Shown here: one piece after another, positions 27,719-36,758 of the stretch
Layout: each line of letters begins with the position of its first letter
Numbering within the stretch: position 1 is the stretch's first letter
NCBI GenBank assembly: GCA_001791305.1
Contig: MGEI01000005.1
Span: 146,698 to 210,697 of the forward strand
Direction: 5' to 3'
DNA length: 64,000 bases
Origin: Candidatus Uhrbacteria bacterium RIFCSPLOWO2_01_FULL_47_17
GTDB taxonomy: Bacteria; Patescibacteriota; Patescibacteriia; UBA9934; GWF2-40-263
Made by a program: the position numbers and the translations under genes
Notes under the pieces: generated by a model
Database searches by the model: none
The model's input: the letters and a program-made list of their open reading frames with translations, nothing else
What the model was told of the DNA's origin: nothing

Positions 27719-28585
27719 ATGGGCAAACGACGCTTAAATGGCGAACATATCCAGGTTAGGCTTCCGGAAACCCTGTTTTCTCTTCCGGAAGGCTATACAG
27801 ACAAGCTCAGAGCTGCATCCTACAAAGGAGGCGAACGCACTGCTTCCATCTTGGAAAAAAAGGAAGCAATTTCGGAAGGCGAATTTGCCTTAGAACAAGA
27901 AACATACCGACAGATAGCGGGAGAAAATTTGGCCTTTTTCCATTTGCTGATGAGTTGTTATCTCTCGCGAATGGTTTACGACTTTGAGAGGATTGCTTTC
28001 GATCATCGAGCGAGTCTACGCAATAAATACCTCATTGCGGCCATGTCGCAAAAGGAGCTCACGATCGCGTGTCTATACCTGAAGCCAAAGATCATCCCCC
28101 ACATCCCCTCTTGGGACAAACACATCCACATGGGCTACAACGGCTGGTGGGCATCACACTTTTATGGAGCGGTGACCGTGGCGCGTGTCGCCCGGCGACT
28201 TTTACAAGAAGGAGCTGAGGTTCGACTTCCAACCGCCGCAGAGGACATCGATGACAAAATCGATCTCATCGCCTCATTCAAAGGACGATCGGAAGGTCTG
28301 TGCATGCAGATCAAGTCAGATGACCAGGTCGAGTGGATTCAACACCGCGTGTGTTCCGGACTCAATCCGAATCGTGAACCGGAATCGTTGCGACGCTTCC
28401 TCTTGGGAACGCGAAAATTCCAAGATCAATACCGCGGCATTTGGATTCCGATTGAACTCACCCTTGGCTCAAAGCCGTTTCAAGACGGAACAACCGTTTG
28501 GCGGGGTCCAATCGTTGATATTTTCCACACGATCCTTACAAAGGCGCTCGAAGAACACGACCCATCGCTTCGTGCGGCCATGTAA
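27719..28585 (+). CDS. Hypothetical protein with PD-(D/E)XK-like motif
   Basis: EDIDDKIDLI...LCMQIKS; promoter TTGACA-17-TACAGT at 27641. Confidence 0.65.
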   Translation: MGKRRLNGEHIQVRLPETLFSLPEGYTDKLRAASYKGGERTASILEKKEAISEGEFALEQETYRQIAGENLAFFHLLMSCYLSRMVYDFERIAFDHRASLRNKYLIAAMSQKELTIACLYLKPKIIPHIPSWDKHIHMGYNGWWASHFYGAVTVARVARRLLQEGAEVRLPTAAEDIDDKIDLIASFKGRSEGLCMQIKSDDQVEWIQHRVCSGLNPNREPESLRRFLLGTRKFQDQYRGIWIPIELTLGSKPFQDGTTVWRGPIVDIFHTILTKALEEHDPSLRAAM

Positions 28586-28729
28586 CTCCTCCTTCGACCC
28601 GCTTTGGGTCGTTTTTATTACGTCGCTCGCGAGCGACGTAATTTATTTGGAACGGTTGACAAACTCGTCTTTTTCACGTTAAATAGCTGGTCACCCCTTT
28701 CCGGGTGTCACATCAGAAGGAGGTTCTCT

Positions 28730-29629
28730 GTGGCCAAGCGTCGTTGTAAAGGCGCGTACGTCCGAATCGAGCTTCCGGACAAACGCACGACTCTTCCTGA
28801 AAATACAGCCGATCTTCTGAAAGAAGCGGCGGACTTTGCCATCTTGCGTGCTCACTCCATTTGGAAAATGTCCGAGCAAAACAAGCGTGGATGGATCACT
28901 TACATACAAATTAGCGAAGAAACATTTCGCGAAGATCGCGAACGATTTCAGGAAATCGCGGAAGAAAACGTCGGGCTTTATCATCTGCTCTTGTCCGTCT
29001 TTTTCACGAAGATTCATCAAGAAATGGAACCAAGAGCCTCGGCGCATAAAATTCGTACACGAAACGCGTACCTTTCGGCCGGAATGGCGCAACGAGAAAT
29101 CTCAAGCGCCTGCCTCTGTCTCAGCGAGGAGAGTGCGAGAACGATTCCTCAAATGAAATCTGAAACATTTGGAATCGATCCTCATATTTGGCTTACAGGC
29201 TTTATTGGAGGAAGGTCGGTTGCACGTGTGATTGCTGCATTCATGAATCGTGGGGCAGAAATCTTTTTCCCGACAGCGTACATCGACATTCAAGGTCGCA
29301 TCGATCTGTTGGTGCGATTCCCTGTGAATAGTCTTGGGCTGTGCGTACAGATCAAAACATTTCAGAACCTGAACCACATTCGTTATCGTCTCATCCCGGA
29401 AGTGCCTTATCATCAAATCAAGGAGCTGTCTGAAGACGATCAATACTTTCTGAAAGGCGTAACGGAATTCCGCAGCGACAATATCGGCATGTGGTTCCCT
29501 CTTGAAATCATGATCGGAGACGCGTCCTACACACAACGATACATCGATCCACCGCGTAACATTACTTACGCGTTTGATCGAATGCTCATGGATCTCTTCG
29601 AACACGCAAAAGAATTCGCAACCCCTTAA
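28730..29629 (+). CDS. Paralog of 27719..28585 with PD-(D/E)XK-like motif
   Basis: GTG start after AGGAGG; IDIQGRIDLL...LCVQIKT. Confidence 0.65.
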   Translation: MAKRRCKGAYVRIELPDKRTTLPENTADLLKEAADFAILRAHSIWKMSEQNKRGWITYIQISEETFREDRERFQEIAEENVGLYHLLLSVFFTKIHQEMEPRASAHKIRTRNAYLSAGMAQREISSACLCLSEESARTIPQMKSETFGIDPHIWLTGFIGGRSVARVIAAFMNRGAEIFFPTAYIDIQGRIDLLVRFPVNSLGLCVQIKTFQNLNHIRYRLIPEVPYHQIKELSEDDQYFLKGVTEFRSDNIGMWFPLEIMIGDASYTQRYIDPPRNITYAFDRMLMDLFEHAKEFATP

Positions 29630-29710
29630 CGCTTCCGCTGGAAGCGTTTTTTCTTTCCCAATTGAAAAATCTGAGCGTGTCGCGTACACTCGAAGCACAA
29701 ACGAACGAAT

Positions 29711-29837
29711 GATGAAACTTCCAAAATTGGTGCCTCGCGCCGTGCTGGAGGCAAAAAGATCGTGAGAGGTATCCTAAAATACCTCGAACAATTTTTTGCC
29801 GAAGCGCAAGCGAGGCGCCGATTTTGGAAGTTTCATC
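29711..29837 (+). ncRNA. 127-nt rod hairpin abutting the tRNA-Leu 5' end
   Basis: 28-bp basal stem with G.U pairs; related to 39696..39823; promoter TTGAAA-17-TACACT upstream. Confidence 0.75.
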
Positions 29838-29922
29838 GCGAGCGTGGCGGAATTGGTATACGCACTAGCCTTAGGAGCTAGCGGAGCAATCCATGAGAGT
29901 TCGAGTCTCTCCGCTCGCACCA
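29838..29922 (+). tRNA. tRNA-Leu(TAG)
   Basis: Anticodon arm ctagc-cttagga-gctag; long variable arm; encoded CCA. Confidence 0.95.
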
Positions 29923-30125
29923 AAAAATCAGAACTGAAAAAATTATCCACACACCCACCATTGACAACAACAAAATTTTTTGATGAAATGTTTATACAAG
30001 AAATAAGAACTCCTAGATTGATCATATTCATCTGGGAGTTCTTTTTTGTTTCCAAAAAATGGAAACACGATCTGATCCATCGTCTTCACGTGCGCCGCGT
30101 GTTCATTCATTTTCATTCTGACCCT

Positions 30126-32750
30126 ATGAAACAAAATCTGATTTTTCTGTTTGCCTTGTTTGCGATCTTGTTTGGATCTGTCCCAACGTTCGCAAACGCA
30201 TCCACACCACCAAGCATCGTGATTTCCGAAATCGCGTGGGCGGGATCTTCGCTCTCAACATCTGATGAGTGGATCGAGCTTGCAAACATCACGAACAATC
30301 CCGTCGACGTTTCCGGATGGAGCCTTGTGGGCGCCTCGAACACACCCATCATCTTCCCCGCCGGAAGCACTATCGACCCACATTCAACATTTCTCATCAC
30401 CAACTATGCACACACAAATACAAGCTCAACACTCAACACACAACCACAAATCATCACGACCCTGGTCTCGATCCCAAATGACAAACTCGCCCTCACGCTC
30501 ACGTCACAAATGGGAAGCGTGGTCGATTCCGCCAGCAACGGAGGAAATCCTCTCGCGGGAGCGTCTGGCGGAACTGGAAGCACGGCTGATGGACGATACA
30601 GATCCATGGAACGACTAAATTTTTCTCTCGAAGGCACAAGCAAAGAAGCGTGGTCAAACGCAGAGACCTCGAATGGATTCAAAAACGAGGTGCTCGATCA
30701 AGGCACGCCGGGAAGTCTCAATACTTCTCTACAAGTTGCGTTGATCGAAACACAATCTACAACGGTTGCAATGACAACGGACACAGTTGTGGAAGCGAAT
30801 ACCTCGTCACAACCTATTCCTGCAGAAACAACAGAACCAATAGAACCAGACCAAATTTGTGAAGATGTGGCGATTGATAATGTTCCAGTACCAGATGAAC
30901 CAAACATGACGAATGGAACAATCGAGGAAGTCGTGACAGTTGTTTCCGACCCTCCTCCGGCCTCTCAAGCCCCTCAAGCCTCTCCCACCTCTCCAGCCCT
31001 TCCCCCAACCCCTCCCCCACAAGGCACGCTGCGCATCAACGAAATCTATCCACGTCCGGGAACAGGCGAATCCGAATGGGTGGAACTTGAAAATAATTCA
31101 ATGTATCCAGTCGTCACAAACGGTTGGAGTATCCTCGATGCAAGCGGTGCTGCAACCGCGCTACCAGATGGCGTTGTTTCTCCGGGTTCCTATCTCGTGA
31201 TCGAAAATCCAAAAGGCAAATTGAATAATGACGGTGACTCCGTGATCCTGAAAGATGCGAGTGGATCGACTGTCGAATCAGTTCTTTATAACGCAGACCT
31301 CGGAAGTGTTCCGGATATGGGAGAGTCACTTGTTCGAGTCGATGCTTCAACGCTTACGATCTCGATCACACCAACAAAGAATAGTTCGAACACTCTCACG
31401 CCTCGACCACCAAAACCAACAACGACAATCGTAAGCAATACATCGAATGGAACCAACGCAACCAATGACGAACCTGTTGCGACGAATGTGGAAGTCGTTG
31501 CAACAACATCTGTCGTGCCCGAATCGAATGGATACCCACAAGAGGCACCCCTACAAACACAACAAGTTCCGATCATAAAAACAATTCGTCTGTCCGAATT
31601 TTATCCAAACACCGATGGACACGATGCGACCGATGAATTTATTGAACTTGAAAACACGGGTGATCAACCTGTTTCACTCGATGGCTGGGTCCTGAACGAC
31701 TTAGGAGGAACCAAATTCACTTTTACAAAAGATGCTTCGATTGCCGCGCACACATTCAAAGCATTCTTGCGTCCGGACACAAAAATCAGTCTTAATAATG
31801 ACGGCGATACCATCACGCTCACCGCGCCAGATGGCACGATCGTTGATACACAAACTTATGATCAAGCAAAAACCCTCCTCACGTACGCACGCACAAAAGA
31901 CGTTTGGAATTGGACACAAACAGGTACACCACATGAACCAAATACTCTTTCGGGAAACAGCGCTTCGGTTCAACCAACAACTCCAAACAATGCTTCAACC
32001 ACACAATCCAACGGGGCCAAGTCCACTGCCTTGTTAACGATCTCGGAAGTAAAACAACGCACAGACGGAACGCGTGTAAAAATCCAAGGTGTTGTGACTG
32101 CTCTTCCAAACACATTCAACTCACAGACGATGTACGTACAAGACAGCACGGGCGGCATTCAAATTTTCAAAAGTGATTGCCGATTTCCAACGCTTGTTGA
32201 AGGTCAGTCGATCACGGTGAGTGGAATTCTGTCGCACATAAACGGTGAGGCTCGTATTAAAGTGATGAACCAAACATCTCTTGCCGTCGGATCCCTCGTC
32301 GAAGCTATCACGCCATCTACCTTTACATCTGGCGATGATTCTTCTGTTGGCTCACTCATGACCATCGCAGGAATCATCACATCTAAATCCGGTACACGTC
32401 TTGCGCTCGATGTTGATGGCGAAATGTTCAATGTAGATCTTCCAAAAACAACAACAGCTGTGCATCGAACAGGAGAGCGTGTGCAAGTGAGTGGCATCTT
32501 AGCGAAAAATAAATCGGGCGATGTCTTAAAAGCGCGCTCCGAACAAGATGTCACATCACTTCCAAAAGAACTTGTTGAACAGCCAGCACCAGACATCACA
32601 GCTGTAGGAGCACAAGAACCAAAAGAAACTCTCGCGATTGTCTTAATCCTCCTCGCTTCGCTCGCCTTCCTTGGTCTCAAACTCCGCCCATATCTTTACA
32701 CACTCACCCAATCCTATGGACGAAAAACATCTCTCCGTCCTCGATCTTAA
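30126..32750 (+). CDS. Surface protein with three lamin-tail domains, OB-fold-like domains and a C-terminal TM anchor
   Basis: Signal peptide; three I[SN]E....EW/FIEL.N repeats; VKIQGVVT...YVQDSTGGIQI; C-terminal TM. Confidence 0.8.
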   Translation: MKQNLIFLFALFAILFGSVPTFANASTPPSIVISEIAWAGSSLSTSDEWIELANITNNPVDVSGWSLVGASNTPIIFPAGSTIDPHSTFLITNYAHTNTSSTLNTQPQIITTLVSIPNDKLALTLTSQMGSVVDSASNGGNPLAGASGGTGSTADGRYRSMERLNFSLEGTSKEAWSNAETSNGFKNEVLDQGTPGSLNTSLQVALIETQSTTVAMTTDTVVEANTSSQPIPAETTEPIEPDQICEDVAIDNVPVPDEPNMTNGTIEEVVTVVSDPPPASQAPQASPTSPALPPTPPPQGTLRINEIYPRPGTGESEWVELENNSMYPVVTNGWSILDASGAATALPDGVVSPGSYLVIENPKGKLNNDGDSVILKDASGSTVESVLYNADLGSVPDMGESLVRVDASTLTISITPTKNSSNTLTPRPPKPTTTIVSNTSNGTNATNDEPVATNVEVVATTSVVPESNGYPQEAPLQTQQVPIIKTIRLSEFYPNTDGHDATDEFIELENTGDQPVSLDGWVLNDLGGTKFTFTKDASIAAHTFKAFLRPDTKISLNNDGDTITLTAPDGTIVDTQTYDQAKTLLTYARTKDVWNWTQTGTPHEPNTLSGNSASVQPTTPNNASTTQSNGAKSTALLTISEVKQRTDGTRVKIQGVVTALPNTFNSQTMYVQDSTGGIQIFKSDCRFPTLVEGQSITVSGILSHINGEARIKVMNQTSLAVGSLVEAITPSTFTSGDDSSVGSLMTIAGIITSKSGTRLALDVDGEMFNVDLPKTTTAVHRTGERVQVSGILAKNKSGDVLKARSEQDVTSLPKELVEQPAPDITAVGAQEPKETLAIVLILLASLAFLGLKLRPYLYTLTQSYGRKTSLRPRS

Positions 32751-32880
32751 AAAACACCTCGAGGCACGCGCGTACACCTACGGCGTCTCCGCAACCGTCT
32801 CAACCCTCCTCGGCGAATATTTATTAGAACTTTTAACCAAATCCTATTATGTCCGAAACACAAACGCAACCATGGTTTAA
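32716..32880 (+). CDS. Possible small protein (54 aa)
   Basis: MDEKHLSVLDLKKHLEARAY...; overlaps both neighbours. Confidence 0.35.
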   Translation: MDEKHLSVLDLKKHLEARAYTYGVSATVSTLLGEYLLELLTKSYYVRNTNATMV

Positions 32881-33070
32881 TCAATTACGCTCAAAACTCA
32901 CAGATCTCGCTGAACAATTTGATCTCGACCCAATCCAGGCAGAGCAATTCCGAGAAACCATGTTCGGCTTATGCAAACAGGAATACATGCTTGGAAATAA
33001 ATCCGGAATTGCGTGGGCATTCAAAAAAGCCGCGGAAAGACGTGGTGATTCACAAGCGGCGGCTGCGTGA
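32849..33070 (+). CDS. Hypothetical protein (73 aa)
   Basis: Protein-like ORF in operon context. Confidence 0.65.
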   Translation: MSETQTQPWFNQLRSKLTDLAEQFDLDPIQAEQFRETMFGLCKQEYMLGNKSGIAWAFKKAAERRGDSQAAAA

Positions 33071-33086
33071 TATAATCCATAATACT

Positions 33087-33524
33087 ATGGATAAAACACT
33101 TACAACTGAACAACGCTTTGAACATGTCGATCACCAGTTTGGAGTCATCGACAAACGCTCGGAGCGCACAGAATTCCGAACGAACCAACGAATCAATCTT
33201 ATTGAAGATCGATTGGATCGGCATGATCTGAATTTTCTTGAACTGAAAAATTCCATAACAGATCTCGCGATTATGACCAAGAATCAGTTTGATCATGTTT
33301 ATGAACAATTCGACAAAGTCGATAACCGATTCAATCAAGTTGATAAACGATTCGACACCCTGGAATCGCTCATGAAAAAAGGCTTCGAACGAACAGATAA
33401 ACTCGAAGGACGATTTGACCGACTTGAAGGACGATTCGATAAACTAGAGGCGCTTGTAAAAAGGGGCTTTGAGCGAACCGATAGACTCGAAGCGCTCATG
33501 AAAAAAGGTTTTGGAATGGCCTAA
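33087..33524 (+). CDS. Heptad-repeat coiled-coil protein
   Basis: FDKVDNR/FNQVDKR/FDRLEGR/KKGFER repeats; terminator at 33527..33556. Confidence 0.75.
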   Translation: MDKTLTTEQRFEHVDHQFGVIDKRSERTEFRTNQRINLIEDRLDRHDLNFLELKNSITDLAIMTKNQFDHVYEQFDKVDNRFNQVDKRFDTLESLMKKGFERTDKLEGRFDRLEGRFDKLEALVKRGFERTDRLEALMKKGFGMA

Positions 33525-33557
33525 TCAAAAGACTCGCCGTGATGGCGAGTCTTTTTT

Positions 33558-34172
33558 CTATTCAAGGGGTGGAAAATCGAAATCTCTTTCGAGTTGGAGT
33601 CGTCTGGCGACAACAGACGGAGAACTTTTCTTTGCAAGAATACCTCGACACGCAAGCGCGGCTTGTCGCATTTCTTCGGAACGCAAAAACACTTCGTCAA
33701 TTTTACAACGCTTTACAAGCGTGACAGATCCGGAAGAATCTCCGCGCGTCATGGCGGAAAGCGCAACAGCTTTCATGAGACTTTGCATTTCTTCCGTCGC
33801 CAATTCAGCTTCTGAAATCTGAAAACGATCCATGATTCCAAGCGCAGACGAAAGTCGATTTGCTCTGATCTCTAACAATACCATCACAAGCGCAGCCGAT
33901 TGTGTTTCTGGATTTGCGTTAAACTCCGCAGAAGCGCTCGGTTCCCATCCCTCCATGACCAACTCAAAATCCTCTGGATCATGTGGAATTTCCCCCGTCA
34001 TCATTTTTCGAACAAACGCATCGGGTGTAAGGCCCATTTCCTGAGCCTTCGCAAGCAACACCTCTTTTCGTCGTTTTGCCTCTTGTTCCACTTCTTCCAT
34101 GGCTGACAACTCTTGTGCCTCAACCGCTTTTGGAGCCGCTTCGGGTCGAAACCCAGATTCAAGTGTGCTCAT
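33558..34172 (-). CDS. Hypothetical protein
   Basis: Long ORF; no motif recognised. Confidence 0.65.
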   Translation of the reverse strand: MSTLESGFRPEAAPKAVEAQELSAMEEVEQEAKRRKEVLLAKAQEMGLTPDAFVRKMMTGEIPHDPEDFELVMEGWEPSASAEFNANPETQSAALVMVLLEIRANRLSSALGIMDRFQISEAELATEEMQSLMKAVALSAMTRGDSSGSVTLVKRCKIDEVFLRSEEMRQAALACRGILAKKSSPSVVARRLQLERDFDFPPLE

Positions 34173-34259
34173 ATGTCGAAAGTATAGCAGAAAAAAATAG
34201 AAATACTCCACCGTTGACGTTCTCCTCTGTTTTTACTAGAATAACCTCACCTCAAAGCT

Positions 34260-34334
34260 GCAGGAATAGCTCAGGGGTAGAGCTTCTCCTTGCCAAGGAG
34301 AAGGCCGCGGGTTCGAATCCCGTTTCCTGCTCCA
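34260..34334 (+). tRNA. tRNA-Gly(GCC)
   Basis: Anticodon arm tctcc-ttgccaa-ggaga; CCA; promoter TTGACG-17-TAGAAT; terminator 34337..34366. Confidence 0.95.
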
Positions 34335-34377
34335 ACAAAAAATCCGGACGTACGTCCGGATTTTTTGTTGGATTAGA

Positions 34378-34402
34378 GGGGAGGGTCGCGACCCTCCCCT
34401 AC
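34378..34402. repeat. GTAG-type REP-like palindrome
   Basis: ggggagggtcgcgaccctcccctac. Confidence 0.8.
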
Positions 34403-34408
34403 AAATAT

Positions 34409-35083
34409 TTATCGATATCTCACGTGGAGCGCAATCGCGGTCGCCGTCGCCACATTCAAGCTCTCGAGCTTAGCTTCGTGATCGATCACAACAGAAGTTC
34501 CGTCACGTGTAATCGAGATCCCTGAACCTTCATTGCCGATGATGAGCACGATTGATTGATCGGTTGCGAGAACGGATTCTGATTTCGCTCCCGGGCGTTT
34601 CTCGAGTCGATAAATTGGTCGATCGAGTTCCTTGAGCGTATCACGCGCACGCGATGGATCGAGGTCGATCCATGGGACGAGGAATAAGCCGCCGGCCGAG
34701 GCACGAATGACTTTTGTGGAACTCGGATCCGCAGACTCAACGAGAATCATGGATGCATCAAAACCGAGACACAGACGCATGATTGCTCCAACGTTTCCTG
34801 GATCTTGTACGCGATCGAGAAACACAACTGTTTTCGAGCGCTTCACGTCCTCAAGCGTCCACTCCGGAATCTTTGCAATCCCAATCACCTCTTGCGGCGT
34901 ATCCGTCGTCGCGATCTTCGAGAACGACCGCGCGCCCATGTCATTAATATGCAAAACTTCTTGCACCGCTTTCCCCGCGGTCTCAATCATCTTCGGCCCC
35001 TCAACCAAACACAAGCCGGTTTTTTCACGGCCTTTTTTGGTCTCCAGTTGCGCAAGCAGTTTGCGTTGGTTGTTTGTGAGCAT
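34409..35083 (-). CDS. TrmH/SpoU-family RNA methyltransferase
   Basis: VQDPGNVGAIMR, IGNEGSGI, ESLNVA. Confidence 0.92.
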   Translation of the reverse strand: MLTNNQRKLLAQLETKKGREKTGLCLVEGPKMIETAGKAVQEVLHINDMGARSFSKIATTDTPQEVIGIAKIPEWTLEDVKRSKTVVFLDRVQDPGNVGAIMRLCLGFDASMILVESADPSSTKVIRASAGGLFLVPWIDLDPSRARDTLKELDRPIYRLEKRPGAKSESVLATDQSIVLIIGNEGSGISITRDGTSVVIDHEAKLESLNVATATAIALHVRYR

Positions 35084-35086
35084 AGG

Positions 35087-36727
35087 TTATGCAAGTGCTT
35101 GTAACATTCTTTCTTTGGCTTCGTCAATCGTTACGGAACCTTTTATGAGTTCCACCACATCTTCATGCGTCATGTTTTTCTCATCACGCAACCGTTCGGA
35201 CAAATTAATCGGCTCCCAAAATTCACGTCCGGCTTTGAATCCGAGTTTAATTAAATCACGACCAAGCAAAATAGGTTTAGGCATTTCTTTTTCAACCCCG
35301 AGTTTGCGCGCTTCTTCACGAACCCATTTCCCTGCCTTGTAAGGCTCGGGCAATTTAAACTGATCTTTATTCGGCGCGATCGTAAACGGTCCACGCCCTT
35401 GATTATCGGATTCCGCAACATACGTCAGTTCCGCAATCGTTGCGGGCCAAATGCGTTTTGCGAGTCTTCGAAAAGCCCCGCCGGAAACCTCTTCACCTTT
35501 CAAGAATTGGCGATACATCGTGCCTGGCCACAAATGCTCTTTCACGAGCGCAACCACTTTTTGTTCCAACTCTTTTGGCGCGCCAAGTTTCTTCAAAAAC
35601 ACTTTCGTTGGTCCCTCGCCCGCTGGCTCATGTCCATGCGCACGCGTACGACCTTCTTTGAATTCTGTTGTCTCTGGTTTTCCAAGATCATGACAAAGCG
35701 CTGCCATCATCACGACTTGTGCATCTTCTTTTCCGAGTTTCTCATGCTTGCAAACTTCTTTTGCCGCATCCACAACCATCAGTGTGTGAACCCAAACATC
35801 TCCTTCCGGATGCCACTCAAATTCTTGCGGCGTTCCACTCATCGCATTCAGTTCTGGATACAATGCTTCGATCACACCCATATCCATAAGCGATTGCAGA
35901 CCAAGTGATGGACGTTCGGATTTCAAAAGCAACTTGTTCCACTCCTCTCCCATACGTTCTTTGGGAAGTTCACGGAGCGACGGAACCATCTCGCGAAATA
36001 ACTGCATCGAAGCATCATCCGGCTTCATCCCAAATCGTCCAATGAATTGTGCACCTCGCATAACACGAAGTGGATCGTCTTTGAATAACTCAGGATCGGT
36101 CACACGCAACGTACGCGTACGCAAATCCTCCACTCCATTAAACGGATCGAAGATCTCACCTGTTAGCGGATCCTTCGAAAGCGCATTAAACGTGAAATCT
36201 CTGCGTTGCCCCGCTTCTTTAATCGACATTTTTGGATCTGTGTCGACCTGAAAACCTTTGTGGCCCTCGTGCACCTTTGAGTCTCGACGTGGAATCGACA
36301 CATCAATATCCATGTCACCATCGGTGATTTTCAAAATGCCAAACGCCTTTCCAACCGAATCCACTTTCCCAAATTTGTGAACGAGTTTTTCCAAATCATC
36401 GGGCTTCACGCCATACACTTCCAAATCAAAATCCTTGCTCGGAAGTCCGAGCACCTCGTCGCGAACCGAACCGCCGACAAGCAACGCGCGACCTCCAGCC
36501 GCTTTCACTGCTTCCGCAATCTTGCACACCCGCTCAAACATTTCCTTCGCCTCATTTCCTTCCCGATCTTCTGTGCGCTTCCCATAAGCTTCTCGAGAGA
36601 GCCCGCGAAAAATCTGCAAATCTTCAAAACTTGTTTCGAGTTCGGGCAATATTTTTAAATCCAAATTTGGTTTTGGACGACGATGTCGTTCTTCGTGACC
36701 AGATTGGAATGGTGAGCGTTCAGACAT
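35087..36727 (-). CDS. cca: CCA tRNA nucleotidyltransferase with HD domain
   Basis: VGGSVRD, DFDLEV, RRDFTFNA, DDPLRVMR, HPEGDVWVHT, CHDLGK. Confidence 0.9.
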   Translation of the reverse strand: MSERSPFQSGHEERHRRPKPNLDLKILPELETSFEDLQIFRGLSREAYGKRTEDREGNEAKEMFERVCKIAEAVKAAGGRALLVGGSVRDEVLGLPSKDFDLEVYGVKPDDLEKLVHKFGKVDSVGKAFGILKITDGDMDIDVSIPRRDSKVHEGHKGFQVDTDPKMSIKEAGQRRDFTFNALSKDPLTGEIFDPFNGVEDLRTRTLRVTDPELFKDDPLRVMRGAQFIGRFGMKPDDASMQLFREMVPSLRELPKERMGEEWNKLLLKSERPSLGLQSLMDMGVIEALYPELNAMSGTPQEFEWHPEGDVWVHTLMVVDAAKEVCKHEKLGKEDAQVVMMAALCHDLGKPETTEFKEGRTRAHGHEPAGEGPTKVFLKKLGAPKELEQKVVALVKEHLWPGTMYRQFLKGEEVSGGAFRRLAKRIWPATIAELTYVAESDNQGRGPFTIAPNKDQFKLPEPYKAGKWVREEARKLGVEKEMPKPILLGRDLIKLGFKAGREFWEPINLSERLRDEKNMTHEDVVELIKGSVTIDEAKERMLQALA

Positions 36728-36758
36728 AATGCACACATAGTAACAAAAATGACTGTTG

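Noticed and set aside
21095-29629. Prophage or IS element
   Set aside because: No integrase, transposase, terminase or structural phage genes recognised.
29711-29837. T-box riboswitch or terminator upstream of tRNA-Leu
   Set aside because: No T-box UGGNACC antiterminator or U-tract; it is a single unbranched rod.
29796-30125. N-terminal extension of the 984-aa ORF (similarly 45165, 53102, 15690, 43670)
   Set aside because: Extensions overlap a tRNA or neighbouring genes; better starts with signal peptides or family-typical N-termini lie downstream.
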